Source of the DNA: Acidilobaceae archaeon
Lineage (GTDB): Archaea; Thermoproteota; Thermoprotei_A; Sulfolobales; Acidilobaceae
Assembly (NCBI GenBank): GCA_038897215.1
Contig: JAWAWX010000001.1
Coordinates: 960,001-1,024,000, forward strand
Length of the DNA stretch: 64,000 nt
Direction of reading: 5' to 3'
Notes under the pieces: model-generated
Databases searched by the model: none
Seen by the model: the letters and a program-made list of their open reading frames with translations, nothing else
Told to the model about the DNA's origin: nothing
Position numbers and translations under genes: made by a program
In this document: positions 27,612-36,722 of the stretch, one piece after another
How the letters are laid out: each line of letters starts with the position of its first letter
Numbering within the stretch: position 1 is the first letter of the stretch

Positions 27612-28568
27612 TTACTCGACAACAGGACCTATGACTGTCTCTCCAACCATCTTGTTTATTCTCTCGACCTCTGCATCTACAAATCTCTGGATCTCCTCTA
27701 TGTCCTCTTGTGTTAGGCCTCTGAACCTCCCCTGGAGTGAGAGATAGTGGCGTACGTGTTTTCTCCGAGGAACTCGGACAGTGACTCTGAAGACCTCGTT
27801 GTTTACGAGCTCCCAATTGATCCACATAGCTGTCTCTACAGCGAGCCTAGCTATCTTGATGCCATATCTGGGGTCGAATCTCCAGCCTGCTGTGCATGGT
27901 TGTAGGACTTGGATAAACGATGGGCCATCTACTTCGAGACCTTTGCGGAACTTCTCCACCATGTCTAGAGGATAGGCTGGGTTAGCTGTAGCCACGTATG
28001 GTACTTTGTGAGCTGCAACTATTTCAGCCATAGGCTTCTTCCGCTGAGTCTTCCCGTGGATCACTCTGCCTATGGGGGTCGTCGTTGTCCAAGCGTGGAG
28101 AGGCGTGGAGCCGCTTCTCTGTATCCCTGTATTCATGTAAGCCTCGTTATCATACATAACGTACATTACTCTATGTCCTCTTTCAAGCATACCGCTTAGT
28201 GCTTGAAAGCCTATGTCTGCCGTGCCGCCATCGCCAGCCACTACGACCACGTTGATCCTCTTCGATGGGTCTATCAGCCCCTTCCTAGAGAGAGCTTTCA
28301 GAGCCGCCTCTACACCGCTCGCTACTGCTCCCGCGTTCTCGAAAGCGACGTGAATCCAGGGGACTCTCCACGAGGAGTACGGGTAGACAGCCGTAGAGAC
28401 TTCTAGGCAGCCTGTTGGAGTGACCACTATAGTGTTCCTACCCGTGACCTTTAGGAGGAGCCTGACTATAGTCCCAGCTGTGCACCCAGCGCAGAGCCCG
28501 TGACCTGGAGCTAGGAGCTCTTCTCGAGGCAGGTCTCTGAGAGTTCTGAATACCGTCGTTGAAGTCAT
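27612..28568 (-). CDS. porB: Pyruvate/2-oxoacid:ferredoxin oxidoreductase beta subunit
   Basis: GHGLCAGC, TGCLEV, FEN, GDGG..DIG, DNEAYMNTGIQRS. Confidence 0.93.
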   Translation of the reverse strand: MTSTTVFRTLRDLPREELLAPGHGLCAGCTAGTIVRLLLKVTGRNTIVVTPTGCLEVSTAVYPYSSWRVPWIHVAFENAGAVASGVEAALKALSRKGLIDPSKRINVVVVAGDGGTADIGFQALSGMLERGHRVMYVMYDNEAYMNTGIQRSGSTPLHAWTTTTPIGRVIHGKTQRKKPMAEIVAAHKVPYVATANPAYPLDMVEKFRKGLEVDGPSFIQVLQPCTAGWRFDPRYGIKIARLAVETAMWINWELVNNEVFRVTVRVPRRKHVRHYLSLQGRFRGLTQEDIEEIQRFVDAEVERINKMVGETVIGPVVE

Positions 28569-29779
28569 ATGTCTCCACCCCAGACAATAGTCCCGACTAC
28601 CTTGCGCTCTCTAGAGAGCTTGAGTGAGAGCTTTGTGATCGCCTCGAAGTCTCTCTCGGTAACCGGCATGCCCCCTATTCCTACAGCGAAGCTCGCTAGC
28701 CTGATGTCTGTATAGCCTTCAGCGTAGATCGCTGCGAGGATCTCGAGCGCTAGCGGCGAGTCTAGAGCTGCTCCATAGCTTAGAGCTCTGTCAGCCACGA
28801 CTACCAGTGAGGCTTTCGAGAGAGCTCGAGCTACGAGTTCTCCCTGAAATGGCCTCCAGAGTCTTATGCGAAGCGCTCCAACCCTAATCCCCTCCTTTCT
28901 CATAGCGTCTACCGCCGACTTGAGCGTCCCGTAGAACCCACCGTAGGTGACTACTACTATCTCAGCGTCTTCGAGCATGTAGGATTCTAGAGGAGCATAG
29001 ACTCTACCAAAGGCTTTAGCTATCCTGGAGTCGGCTTCCCTTATGACCTCTATTGACTCCAGCATTGCTCTACGCTGGATAGCCTTCACCTTAGCGTAGT
29101 AATCGGGGCCTCCTACGGAGCCGAAGGTGAGAGGTCTATCGGGGTCTAGCCTCACCTCGCGGAGCCTCTTAGGCAATAGCTTGCGCACGAACTCTCTATT
29201 AGCTGGGATGTAGAGAGGCTCGTATGTGTGGCTCATCCAGAACCCGTCGTATGCAACAGCTACAGGTAGCAGGACTCTCGGGTCCTCGCTTATCATGTAC
29301 GCCTCTATGATCGAATCGTAGACTTCTTGTGCTGACGAGGCTATGATGGTTATCCACGAGGTGTCTCTAGCGTTCATGAGGTCGCTGTAGTCATTCCATA
29401 TATTGATTGGAGCCGAGAGAGCTCTCGTAGCCACAGCCATGACTATGGGGAGCCTCATGCCTGACGCTATGTGGAGGATCTCGTGCATGTACTCGAGCCC
29501 CTGAGAAGATGTCGAGGTGAAGGTTCTAGCTCCCGTGGCTGCTGCTCCTACTAGAGCACTGAGAGCTGAGTGCTCGCTCTCCACGTGTATTAGCTCAGCA
29601 TCCATCTCCCCGTTAGCGATGAACTCGGAGAGCTTCTCTGCTACGGCTGTCTGAGGCGTGATGGGGTATACTGCTATGACGTCGACATCGGCGTCTCTCA
29701 CAGCATAGGCTGTAGCGTAGTTCGAGTTTAGAATGACTCTTTTCTGCTCGACCTCACCGATCACCTCTACTTTCTGCAC
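28565..29779 (-). CDS. porA: Pyruvate/2-oxoacid:ferredoxin oxidoreductase alpha subunit
   Basis: YPITPQT, VESEHSA, TSSQGL, RALSAPINIW.D. Confidence 0.93.
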   Translation of the reverse strand: MQKVEVIGEVEQKRVILNSNYATAYAVRDADVDVIAVYPITPQTAVAEKLSEFIANGEMDAELIHVESEHSALSALVGAAATGARTFTSTSSQGLEYMHEILHIASGMRLPIVMAVATRALSAPINIWNDYSDLMNARDTSWITIIASSAQEVYDSIIEAYMISEDPRVLLPVAVAYDGFWMSHTYEPLYIPANREFVRKLLPKRLREVRLDPDRPLTFGSVGGPDYYAKVKAIQRRAMLESIEVIREADSRIAKAFGRVYAPLESYMLEDAEIVVVTYGGFYGTLKSAVDAMRKEGIRVGALRIRLWRPFQGELVARALSKASLVVVADRALSYGAALDSPLALEILAAIYAEGYTDIRLASFAVGIGGMPVTERDFEAITKLSLKLSRERKVVGTIVWGGDI

Positions 29780-29780
29780 G

Positions 29781-30089
29781 CTACCTCACCTCCTCTAGAA
29801 GCGTGATCGCCTTAACTGGGCACTCTTCAGCGCAGATACCGCAACCCTTGCAGGCATCATAGTCTATCTTGAAGGTCACATTGAACGTCCTGCCCTGACT
29901 CGTCGTGTAAGGCTCGTCGGCTATGATTATAGCCGAGTCGGGGCAGTAGACCCAGCATATGTAGCACCTCACGCACTTCTCCTGGTCTATCTCGGGTCTG
30001 AAAGTCCTCCAGTCAGCCATTTTTCTACGAGCCGAGGTCCCTCCCTCAACTACTGCCCCCAGCTCGAAGAGCACGTCTCTAGACTTCAC
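29781..30089 (-). CDS. porD: Pyruvate/2-oxoacid:ferredoxin oxidoreductase delta subunit (2x[4Fe-4S])
   Basis: WRTFRP, CVRCYICWVYCPD, CKGCGICAEECP. Confidence 0.93.
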   Translation of the reverse strand: MKSRDVLFELGAVVEGGTSARRKMADWRTFRPEIDQEKCVRCYICWVYCPDSAIIIADEPYTTSQGRTFNVTFKIDYDACKGCGICAEECPVKAITLLEEVR

Positions 30090-30706
30090 TCTGAAACCAC
30101 CTCCGTCTTCTCGTAAGCTTCTCTCAGAGCTTCAATATTCGCTTTAACTCTAGGATCTCCTCGGGGAGACTTCAGATAGCTCTCCACGTCTTCGACCTCG
30201 GTTTCGAAGACGACTCTGGCTATCGCTCTAGCTAGAGAGTCTAAGCTCACGAATCCGAGAATCTTGGCTAGAGCTCCGAGCATTGGAGTGTTAGCTATAG
30301 GAGCCTTCATATGCTTGAGCGCAATGCCGGTAGCATCGACTACAGCCACTCTACTGACTCCGAGACTCTCAGCTAGGTCCTTGGCTCTTCGCTTAGTGTT
30401 AACGACTACCCACCCTTGAGGCTTAAGACCCGAGAGATATATGGAGGGGCTTAAGCTCGAGTCTAGCACAGCGACTATGTGGGGCTCGAGGACTACAGCT
30501 CGAGTGACTATAGGATTCCTGGATATCCTATTATAGGCTCTTACTGGAGCTCCTCTACGCTCGGCTCCAAATTCGGGAAATGCCTGAGCGTAGAACCCCT
30601 CATCTACAGCCGCGACAGCTAGCACTATTGCTCCAGTTACCGCTCCCTGCCCTCCTCTCCCATGCCACCTGATCCCGAGCTCTTCAGAGAGGAGCTGGAG
30701 AGACAA
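30086..30706 (-). CDS. porG: Pyruvate/2-oxoacid:ferredoxin oxidoreductase gamma subunit
   Basis: IRWHGRGGQGAVT, FGAERRGAPV, NTPMLGA; TTG 30706 after GGGGAG. Confidence 0.93.
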   Translation of the reverse strand: MSLQLLSEELGIRWHGRGGQGAVTGAIVLAVAAVDEGFYAQAFPEFGAERRGAPVRAYNRISRNPIVTRAVVLEPHIVAVLDSSLSPSIYLSGLKPQGWVVVNTKRRAKDLAESLGVSRVAVVDATGIALKHMKAPIANTPMLGALAKILGFVSLDSLARAIARVVFETEVEDVESYLKSPRGDPRVKANIEALREAYEKTEVVSE

Positions 30707-30892
30707 TTCGACTCCCCGAGAGTCTGCAAGAGAAGTGTTTATTGTGGGAGGCTTAATATACATCCATACGATACTCAGCGCTTATAAGGTCGGTTTTCTC
30801 GATGTATAGATGAGATAACTACTCACGTAGAGAGCTAATCTCGCAGAGTCTCGGAGAACAGCTTCGAGATTTAGATATTGAAACGAGTGTAG

Positions 30893-32161
30893 TCAAGTCT
30901 CACCGAGTCTACCACGCATATACTCTCGCCCGGCTCCTATCGGCTTCGTTGCATCAATCCAAAGCTTGGAGGTTAAGCCGTCTTGAGAACTGGGGTCTAG
31001 CGTTGAGCCCCTCACATTCTTCAAGACTACTAGGCTTTTATCTGCTTGAAATCTCATAGCTATAGCCCACTCGACATCGTGGGGGTCGTCGGGGTCTATG
31101 TCCTCATCGACTACGACGACGTGCTTCAGGCTGGGATGAGCTGTGAACGCTGCCATAGCCACGTTAGCTGCCTCCCCCTCCTGTCGCTTCTTGATGGATA
31201 TAACGGCGTGGAGCCAATGACCTCCGCCTCTCGTGAGCCTCACTTTGACTACTTTAGCTACTCTCGAGACAGCCTCCCAGATAGCGGCTTCTCTCGGGAA
31301 CCCCATTATTAACTGCGACTCGAGCCCTCCCGAGACTATTACGTGATTGATCTCCTCCTCGTTGATGAAGACTTTCTTCACCCTCAAGACTGGCTGCTTT
31401 CTGACTCTATCGTAGTTCCCCACTATATCCACGAAGGGGCCCTCGTCTTCGAGCTCTCCAGTCACCTCAGCCTCTATGATTGCTGGAGCTCCGAGAGGCA
31501 CAGGGTTTCCGTGGAGAGGGCTGCTAAACACCTCTAGCCCTCCTACAAGCCTCGAGGCTGTCTCTAACTCGAAGACTCCGAGAGGGGGGCTCGAGGAGAC
31601 TGCTAGCTCTACTGCTGGGTGAGCTCCGAGGATGATTGTTACCGGGAGATTCTCTCCTCTTTCTCTCGCTCTACCTATGAGCTCGTAGAGATGGCGGGGG
31701 ACTATTCTAGCAACTGCTCTCTTCTCGTTGAGAACCATTACTCTATGGAAGCTCGCGTTACAAATACCCTCGTAGCAGGCGATGAATATCGATGAGGTTA
31801 GATAGTATCCGCCTTCATCTAGATAGAACTTGATCGCTGGGAGGTCTAGCAGACCTCTCTCGGCCTCCTTTAGATCAGGGGGGTTCTTCTCGATCAGCTT
31901 AGCCGGGCTCCTCATCGACTCCAAGAGCTTAACGTAAGCCTCGAAATCGCTAGAGGCTTCTATAGCTCTGTAGAGCTTCTCTCTGCTATCTACTAGATTG
32001 GATGCAGAGAGCTGAGAGCAACCTTTCACTCTAAAGAGGAGAGCCGGTCCTAGACCCTGGTTTCTTAGAATCAGTCGAGTAGGCTCGTATTCTCGAGCTA
32101 GCTCTCTCTCTGCTTCAACAAAATCGATCCTGTAGAGGTACTCGGAGACGCCGCCCTTCAT
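30893..32161 (-). CDS. UbiD-family prFMN-dependent decarboxylase
   Basis: NASFHR, RIVPRHL, EGPFVD..G.Y, KHVVVVDEDID, VEWAIA.RFQ, GSTLDPS. Confidence 0.9.
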   Translation of the reverse strand: MKGGVSEYLYRIDFVEAERELAREYEPTRLILRNQGLGPALLFRVKGCSQLSASNLVDSREKLYRAIEASSDFEAYVKLLESMRSPAKLIEKNPPDLKEAERGLLDLPAIKFYLDEGGYYLTSSIFIACYEGICNASFHRVMVLNEKRAVARIVPRHLYELIGRARERGENLPVTIILGAHPAVELAVSSSPPLGVFELETASRLVGGLEVFSSPLHGNPVPLGAPAIIEAEVTGELEDEGPFVDIVGNYDRVRKQPVLRVKKVFINEEEINHVIVSGGLESQLIMGFPREAAIWEAVSRVAKVVKVRLTRGGGHWLHAVISIKKRQEGEAANVAMAAFTAHPSLKHVVVVDEDIDPDDPHDVEWAIAMRFQADKSLVVLKNVRGSTLDPSSQDGLTSKLWIDATKPIGAGREYMRGRLGET

Positions 32162-34656
32162 GAAGCAAGCTCACCCACATCGTCTAGCACTAGCCCAGTG
32201 ACTGTATCCTCGCTCAAGCCGAAATAATGCTTCGCCATGCTCGTAACCGCTTGTTTGAGCATCGCCGCCAGCCTGCCGGTCTTCTTGCCGAAAATCTCTT
32301 CAACCTCCTCCCAGGGCCTTCCCTGAAGTGCTTTAGCTATCAGTAGCCTCTCTTCCACCTCCGAGAGCTGCGGTCTCGAGCTTTTTGGCTGAAGCCAGTA
32401 GAATCTAGCTAGCTCTAGGATCACGTCGTTTATCGCCTCGTAGGTCATAGGGCCGTAGCAGTAAACCCAGAGTCTATCGATCTGCACTCTGCTTAGAGGA
32501 GGAGAGCTTCTGAATTCTACTCCTCTCGCCTCCTGGCTGAGGAGAAGACGCGCTACCTCTATCTCTAAGTCTTTGTAGGTGTCGTAGAGACTCAGTAAGA
32601 GCTTCCTGGTAAACTCTCTCAAGGCTACTCGGAGAAACCTCTCAGCTTCTGGATGTAGAGGCTTCAGCACTAGCGCTGTGTACTCTCCACTCACCGGGTT
32701 CCTATCGGGGCTTAGGTGGACGACTTTGAAGCCGTTCTTGATCCAGAATCTCAGAAGCTTCTCGTTGATCCCGAAGCCTGAGCCGAGGAAGTCTAACCCT
32801 TCCTCTCTAGCCTCCTCCTCTAAGCTCTTTAGAGCGAATGAGCCTATCCCCCTGCCTTGAAGAGATGGGTGGACAGCTATTCTGACTATCCTCCAGTATC
32901 TAGCGCGCCCAAGCTCTCTAAGCCGGTGGTGTTTGAGGAGCCTATCTGGAATTATGTTGCCAGGAGTCTTCTCTCCTCTCAGCAATCTCTCAATCACGTC
33001 CTCGCTCAAACCCCCCTCTACTGCGACCTGAATCGCTGCCACTATCTTCCCGGACCCGGCTATTCTCACAGCTCTGATGAAGTGATGGGGGGCATCTGCG
33101 AGAAGCCCTAGGTCGTCTGGCTCGTTTCTGTAATGAGCTAGAACGTAGATGCCGAAGAGTTCTCTCAAAGTCCTCTCTCCCTCTTTGGAGAAGAGAGATG
33201 ATGGGTCTAGCTTCACGTACTCAAGCTCGCCTCTAGTCACTTTCTCTAAGTCCTCTCGGTCTATATCAGCAGGCTCGGCGTCGAGTAGAAGGACGTCGAA
33301 TAGCCACTTCTCCACAGGGTCTCCTCTCGCGTACCTTATGGGCTCCTCCATGTGCAAGACTTTGAGCATAGTGTTTGCGTCATTTCTGATCTCTGAGAGG
33401 AATCTGACGTTGAACCCTCTTCCCGCTCCTTCATAGCCGTGTATCGTGGCTGTGAACACCATCCTCTTATGCCTTCTCCAGATCTCGTGGAGTAGAGGCA
33501 CGTGTATCCCGCTGGCTTCATCGACAGCAACGATATCTGCTCTCATCTTAGGGACCGCGAGAGGCTCCCAGTACTCTATCGTGAAGTTTTGACCCCGTAG
33601 CTCTATGATGTGACCTCCTTTCTTAACCACATCCACCTCGACTTCTAGAGTCTCAGCTGTTTTGAGAGCAAGCTCCATGAGGCTCTGCACGTTGAAAGAG
33701 TCTGGGGCCGTTACGATTATCCTAGCTCTAGGCTTCACTTTTGCTAGCAAAGTGGCTAAGCCGACGAGCCCTATGCCTACAGCGCAACTCTTACCTCTCC
33801 CTCTATCCGCTGTCACCACTATGACCTTCTTCTTGTCTCGAGGAGGCTTCTCGTAGAGCCACTCGAGAGCCTTTATGACCTCTACTTGGTCTCTTGTCAG
33901 AGCCAGCGAGTATAGCTCCTCTGGGAAGATGGTTTCATGAGGAGCAGTAATGCTCTGAACGCTAGACTCTTCTCCTTGCTCGCTCGGTTTGCCGCTGATG
34001 TGCTTCAGGTTGTCCAAGTCGTAGACGAATATGTTGTTCTCGTGCTCTAACAGCTTACGCTTAAACCAGGTGATGAATATGAATCTCGGCTCGTCGAAAC
34101 CAGGTACTAGAAGATTCCTCCTGAATATCGTCATGTGCTTATCCCAGGAAGCCCAGGGGGGTGTCATGGCTAGAATGAGACCGCCTCCCTCCACTACTCC
34201 TATTAAGCGACCTACATCGTTAGGCTTGAGGTCATTCGATAGGTCTAAGACTAGTGCTTGAAACGTTGTTCCGAGAAACTTCTCGCTCTCCTCGTAGACC
34301 GCGAACGTGGGCTCCACGATTTTGCTCTTTTCTTTCAAGACTCTCCTAACTATCTCCTTCCTTATTCTAGCATCCTCGAATTCGTCGTGATAAACGTAGA
34401 GTAGCTTGAGCTTCCTCTCCGAGCCTCTCAGCTTCCTGTAGAGGGTCTCGTAGCTGAGCAGAGTCTTAGCTACGCTAGCCCCCGCTTTTACGGGGTCCGA
34501 AGAGGCTAGGAAGAGCGCTACTCTAAACCTCCACTTGATAGACCTCCTGGCCGCCTCTAAGACGCTCTTCCTATAGAATCTGATGAATTTAGGCGGGACT
34601 AGAGACTTCAGGTCTCTTACAGCTCTCTCTACTAGCTCGACTACATCCGAGCCCAA
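32158..34656 (-). CDS. tmcA: RNA cytidine acetyltransferase (TmcA/Nat10)
   Basis: TADRGRGKS, VDEA, TIHGYEGAGRGF, EPIRYA.GDPVE, AHYRNEPDDL, RIVRIAVHP..QGRGIG. Confidence 0.95.
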   Translation of the reverse strand: MGSDVVELVERAVRDLKSLVPPKFIRFYRKSVLEAARRSIKWRFRVALFLASSDPVKAGASVAKTLLSYETLYRKLRGSERKLKLLYVYHDEFEDARIRKEIVRRVLKEKSKIVEPTFAVYEESEKFLGTTFQALVLDLSNDLKPNDVGRLIGVVEGGGLILAMTPPWASWDKHMTIFRRNLLVPGFDEPRFIFITWFKRKLLEHENNIFVYDLDNLKHISGKPSEQGEESSVQSITAPHETIFPEELYSLALTRDQVEVIKALEWLYEKPPRDKKKVIVVTADRGRGKSCAVGIGLVGLATLLAKVKPRARIIVTAPDSFNVQSLMELALKTAETLEVEVDVVKKGGHIIELRGQNFTIEYWEPLAVPKMRADIVAVDEASGIHVPLLHEIWRRHKRMVFTATIHGYEGAGRGFNVRFLSEIRNDANTMLKVLHMEEPIRYARGDPVEKWLFDVLLLDAEPADIDREDLEKVTRGELEYVKLDPSSLFSKEGERTLRELFGIYVLAHYRNEPDDLGLLADAPHHFIRAVRIAGSGKIVAAIQVAVEGGLSEDVIERLLRGEKTPGNIIPDRLLKHHRLRELGRARYWRIVRIAVHPSLQGRGIGSFALKSLEEEAREEGLDFLGSGFGINEKLLRFWIKNGFKVVHLSPDRNPVSGEYTALVLKPLHPEAERFLRVALREFTRKLLLSLYDTYKDLEIEVARLLLSQEARGVEFRSSPPLSRVQIDRLWVYCYGPMTYEAINDVILELARFYWLQPKSSRPQLSEVEERLLIAKALQGRPWEEVEEIFGKKTGRLAAMLKQAVTSMAKHYFGLSEDTVTGLVLDDVGELAS

Positions 34657-34754
34657 GCTCTTCCTCCTACAATAACGATTTCTCTAAGAGAGCGGGAATA
34701 ATAAACCTGAAGCTCGAAGCTATAAGTCTATGGTGACGCGAGATAGGAGAAGTC

Positions 34755-35528
34755 GTGCAGAGAGGAGACCCCATAGTGTTCTTCGTCGTTTCAGCTAGGT
34801 TCTCTAAGCCCTACTATTTCAGAGTCTACGAGGATAGAACGTATGCTACTCCTCTAGGCGTGGTCAGAGGTAGCGATATAGTGGGGTTGAGGTATGGTTC
34901 GCGAGTAGAGCTCGTGGACGGGCACGCCTTCATATTGAAACCCACGCTTAGAGAACTCCTAGACCACTTCATGGAGAGAAGCACGCAAGTAGTCTACCCT
35001 AAGGACTCGGGGCTCATGTCGTTCGAGGCGGGCCTTAAGCCCGGCATGAGAGTCCTAGAGGGTGGTGTTGGGAGCGGTTTTCTCACAATAGAAATAGCTA
35101 GGATCGTCTGCCCCGGGGGGAGAGTCTACGCTTATGACTTGAAGCCTGAGAATATAGCTGTAGCCTCGAGAAACCTGGAGCTAGCCGGCTTGCTCGAGTG
35201 TGTTGAAATGAGGCACGGGGATGTGCGTAAGACTCTCGACCTATCGGACCTAGACGCCGCTTTCCTAGATATACCAGACCCTTGGGAGGCTCTAGACTCT
35301 CTCTGGAGTGCTCTAAAGCTCTCCGCTCCTCTCGTCGCCTTCGTTCCAACAATGAATCAGCTGGTCAAGCTTGCTGAAATAGCATACGAGACTCCCGGCT
35401 GGATTCTTCAAAGCGTTAGAGAGACCTCGGAAAGGCTAATCGAGGTCTCTAGGGAGTCTATTAGACCCTCTTCACTCACTCCATTCACAGGGTACATTGT
35501 GCTCTTGAGGAAGGTAGAGAAGAGCTAG
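34755..35528 (+). CDS. trmI: tRNA (adenine-57/58-N1)-methyltransferase
   Basis: QVVYPKD, VLEGGVGSG.LT, FLDIPDPW, FVPTMNQ. Confidence 0.92.
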   Translation: MQRGDPIVFFVVSARFSKPYYFRVYEDRTYATPLGVVRGSDIVGLRYGSRVELVDGHAFILKPTLRELLDHFMERSTQVVYPKDSGLMSFEAGLKPGMRVLEGGVGSGFLTIEIARIVCPGGRVYAYDLKPENIAVASRNLELAGLLECVEMRHGDVRKTLDLSDLDAAFLDIPDPWEALDSLWSALKLSAPLVAFVPTMNQLVKLAEIAYETPGWILQSVRETSERLIEVSRESIRPSSLTPFTGYIVLLRKVEKS

Positions 35529-36442
35529 TAGACGGGAGTAAGCCACTTAGCGTATCTCTCGTCGAGCCCCCTCACGACCTTAAGGTACGCTTCTCTAATC
35601 ATAGAGGTTACAGGGCCCGGTTTACCATCACCCACAGGCTTCCCGTCGACTTCAAGTACTGGAGTGACCTCAGCCGCTGTCCCCACTAGGAATATCTCGT
35701 CGGCTACGTAGAGCTCCTCTCTCGGAATGTTTCTCTCTAGAGTCTCAACTCCTAGGCCTCTAGCTATCTCGATAACCGTGTCTCTCGTTATACCCTCTAG
35801 TATCGATGCTGAGAGAGGAGGGGTTACGATCTTCCCTCTCCTGACTATCATAACATTAGCGCCCGTAGCTTCAGACACGTTGCCTCTCCAATCTAGCAGT
35901 ATGGCGTCATCGTAGCCTTCCCGCTTAGCTTCCAGGAGTGCTATTATCGAATTCAGGTAAATGCCTGTGGCTTTAGCCATAACGGGTATGCTGAACCCAG
36001 GGACTCTACGCCAGCTCGACGTCTTGACTCTAATCCCTTCTGGTTTATGATACTTCCCAAAGGGGGTTATTGTTATCGCTACAGAGACTTTGACTCCCAG
36101 AGGGCTGAGCCCTATTCTAGGCTCGGAGGTGAAGGCTATGGGTCTTACGTAGATGTCCTCTTTGAACTCGTTCGCTCTAATCGTCTCGAGAACCGCTTCT
36201 TCTAGCTCTCTGAGAGAGAAGCTCAGATTTAGCCCGATGATCTTAGCTGAGTTCAAGAATCTAACCATGTGGTCTCGTAGTCTGAACACGTAGAGGTTGC
36301 TCTCGCTCCAGTAAGCTCTTATGCCCTCGAAGACCCCGTAGCCGTAGTGTAAGCCGTGTGCTTGAACGTGAACTACTGCTTTCTCGCAGGAGACGAGAGC
36401 TCCATCGAGCCAGACGTATCTGACTTTCTCACAGAAGCTCAA
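35525..36442 (-). CDS. ilvE: Branched-chain amino acid aminotransferase
   Basis: LHYGYGVFEGIRAY, AKATGIY.NS, SEATGAN, ILEGITR, GTAAEVTPV. Confidence 0.95.
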   Translation of the reverse strand: MSFCEKVRYVWLDGALVSCEKAVVHVQAHGLHYGYGVFEGIRAYWSESNLYVFRLRDHMVRFLNSAKIIGLNLSFSLRELEEAVLETIRANEFKEDIYVRPIAFTSEPRIGLSPLGVKVSVAITITPFGKYHKPEGIRVKTSSWRRVPGFSIPVMAKATGIYLNSIIALLEAKREGYDDAILLDWRGNVSEATGANVMIVRRGKIVTPPLSASILEGITRDTVIEIARGLGVETLERNIPREELYVADEIFLVGTAAEVTPVLEVDGKPVGDGKPGPVTSMIREAYLKVVRGLDERYAKWLTPVY

Positions 36443-36722
36443 CTCAAGAACCTTGAGGGACTTCTGGAAATCGAGGCTTAAAAGCGTCGAGGTCAAAAAT
36501 AGCCGCGTGAGTTCACTAGCTAGAGTCTTGAACGTCTTAGACCGCTACGAGAGCCGCCTTCCTTCACCTCGATTGTGATACGTAAGTCAAATAATGATGA
36601 TAGCCAGGAGCCTGGCTCAGAGCTCACTGGTTTGCTGAACAGTGGCTGGGGAAAGCTGGATTTAATCTCTAGCTCCTTAATAGAGATTGCTGTCAACGCT
36701 AGAGAAGGTTAAGGGGGGAGGA

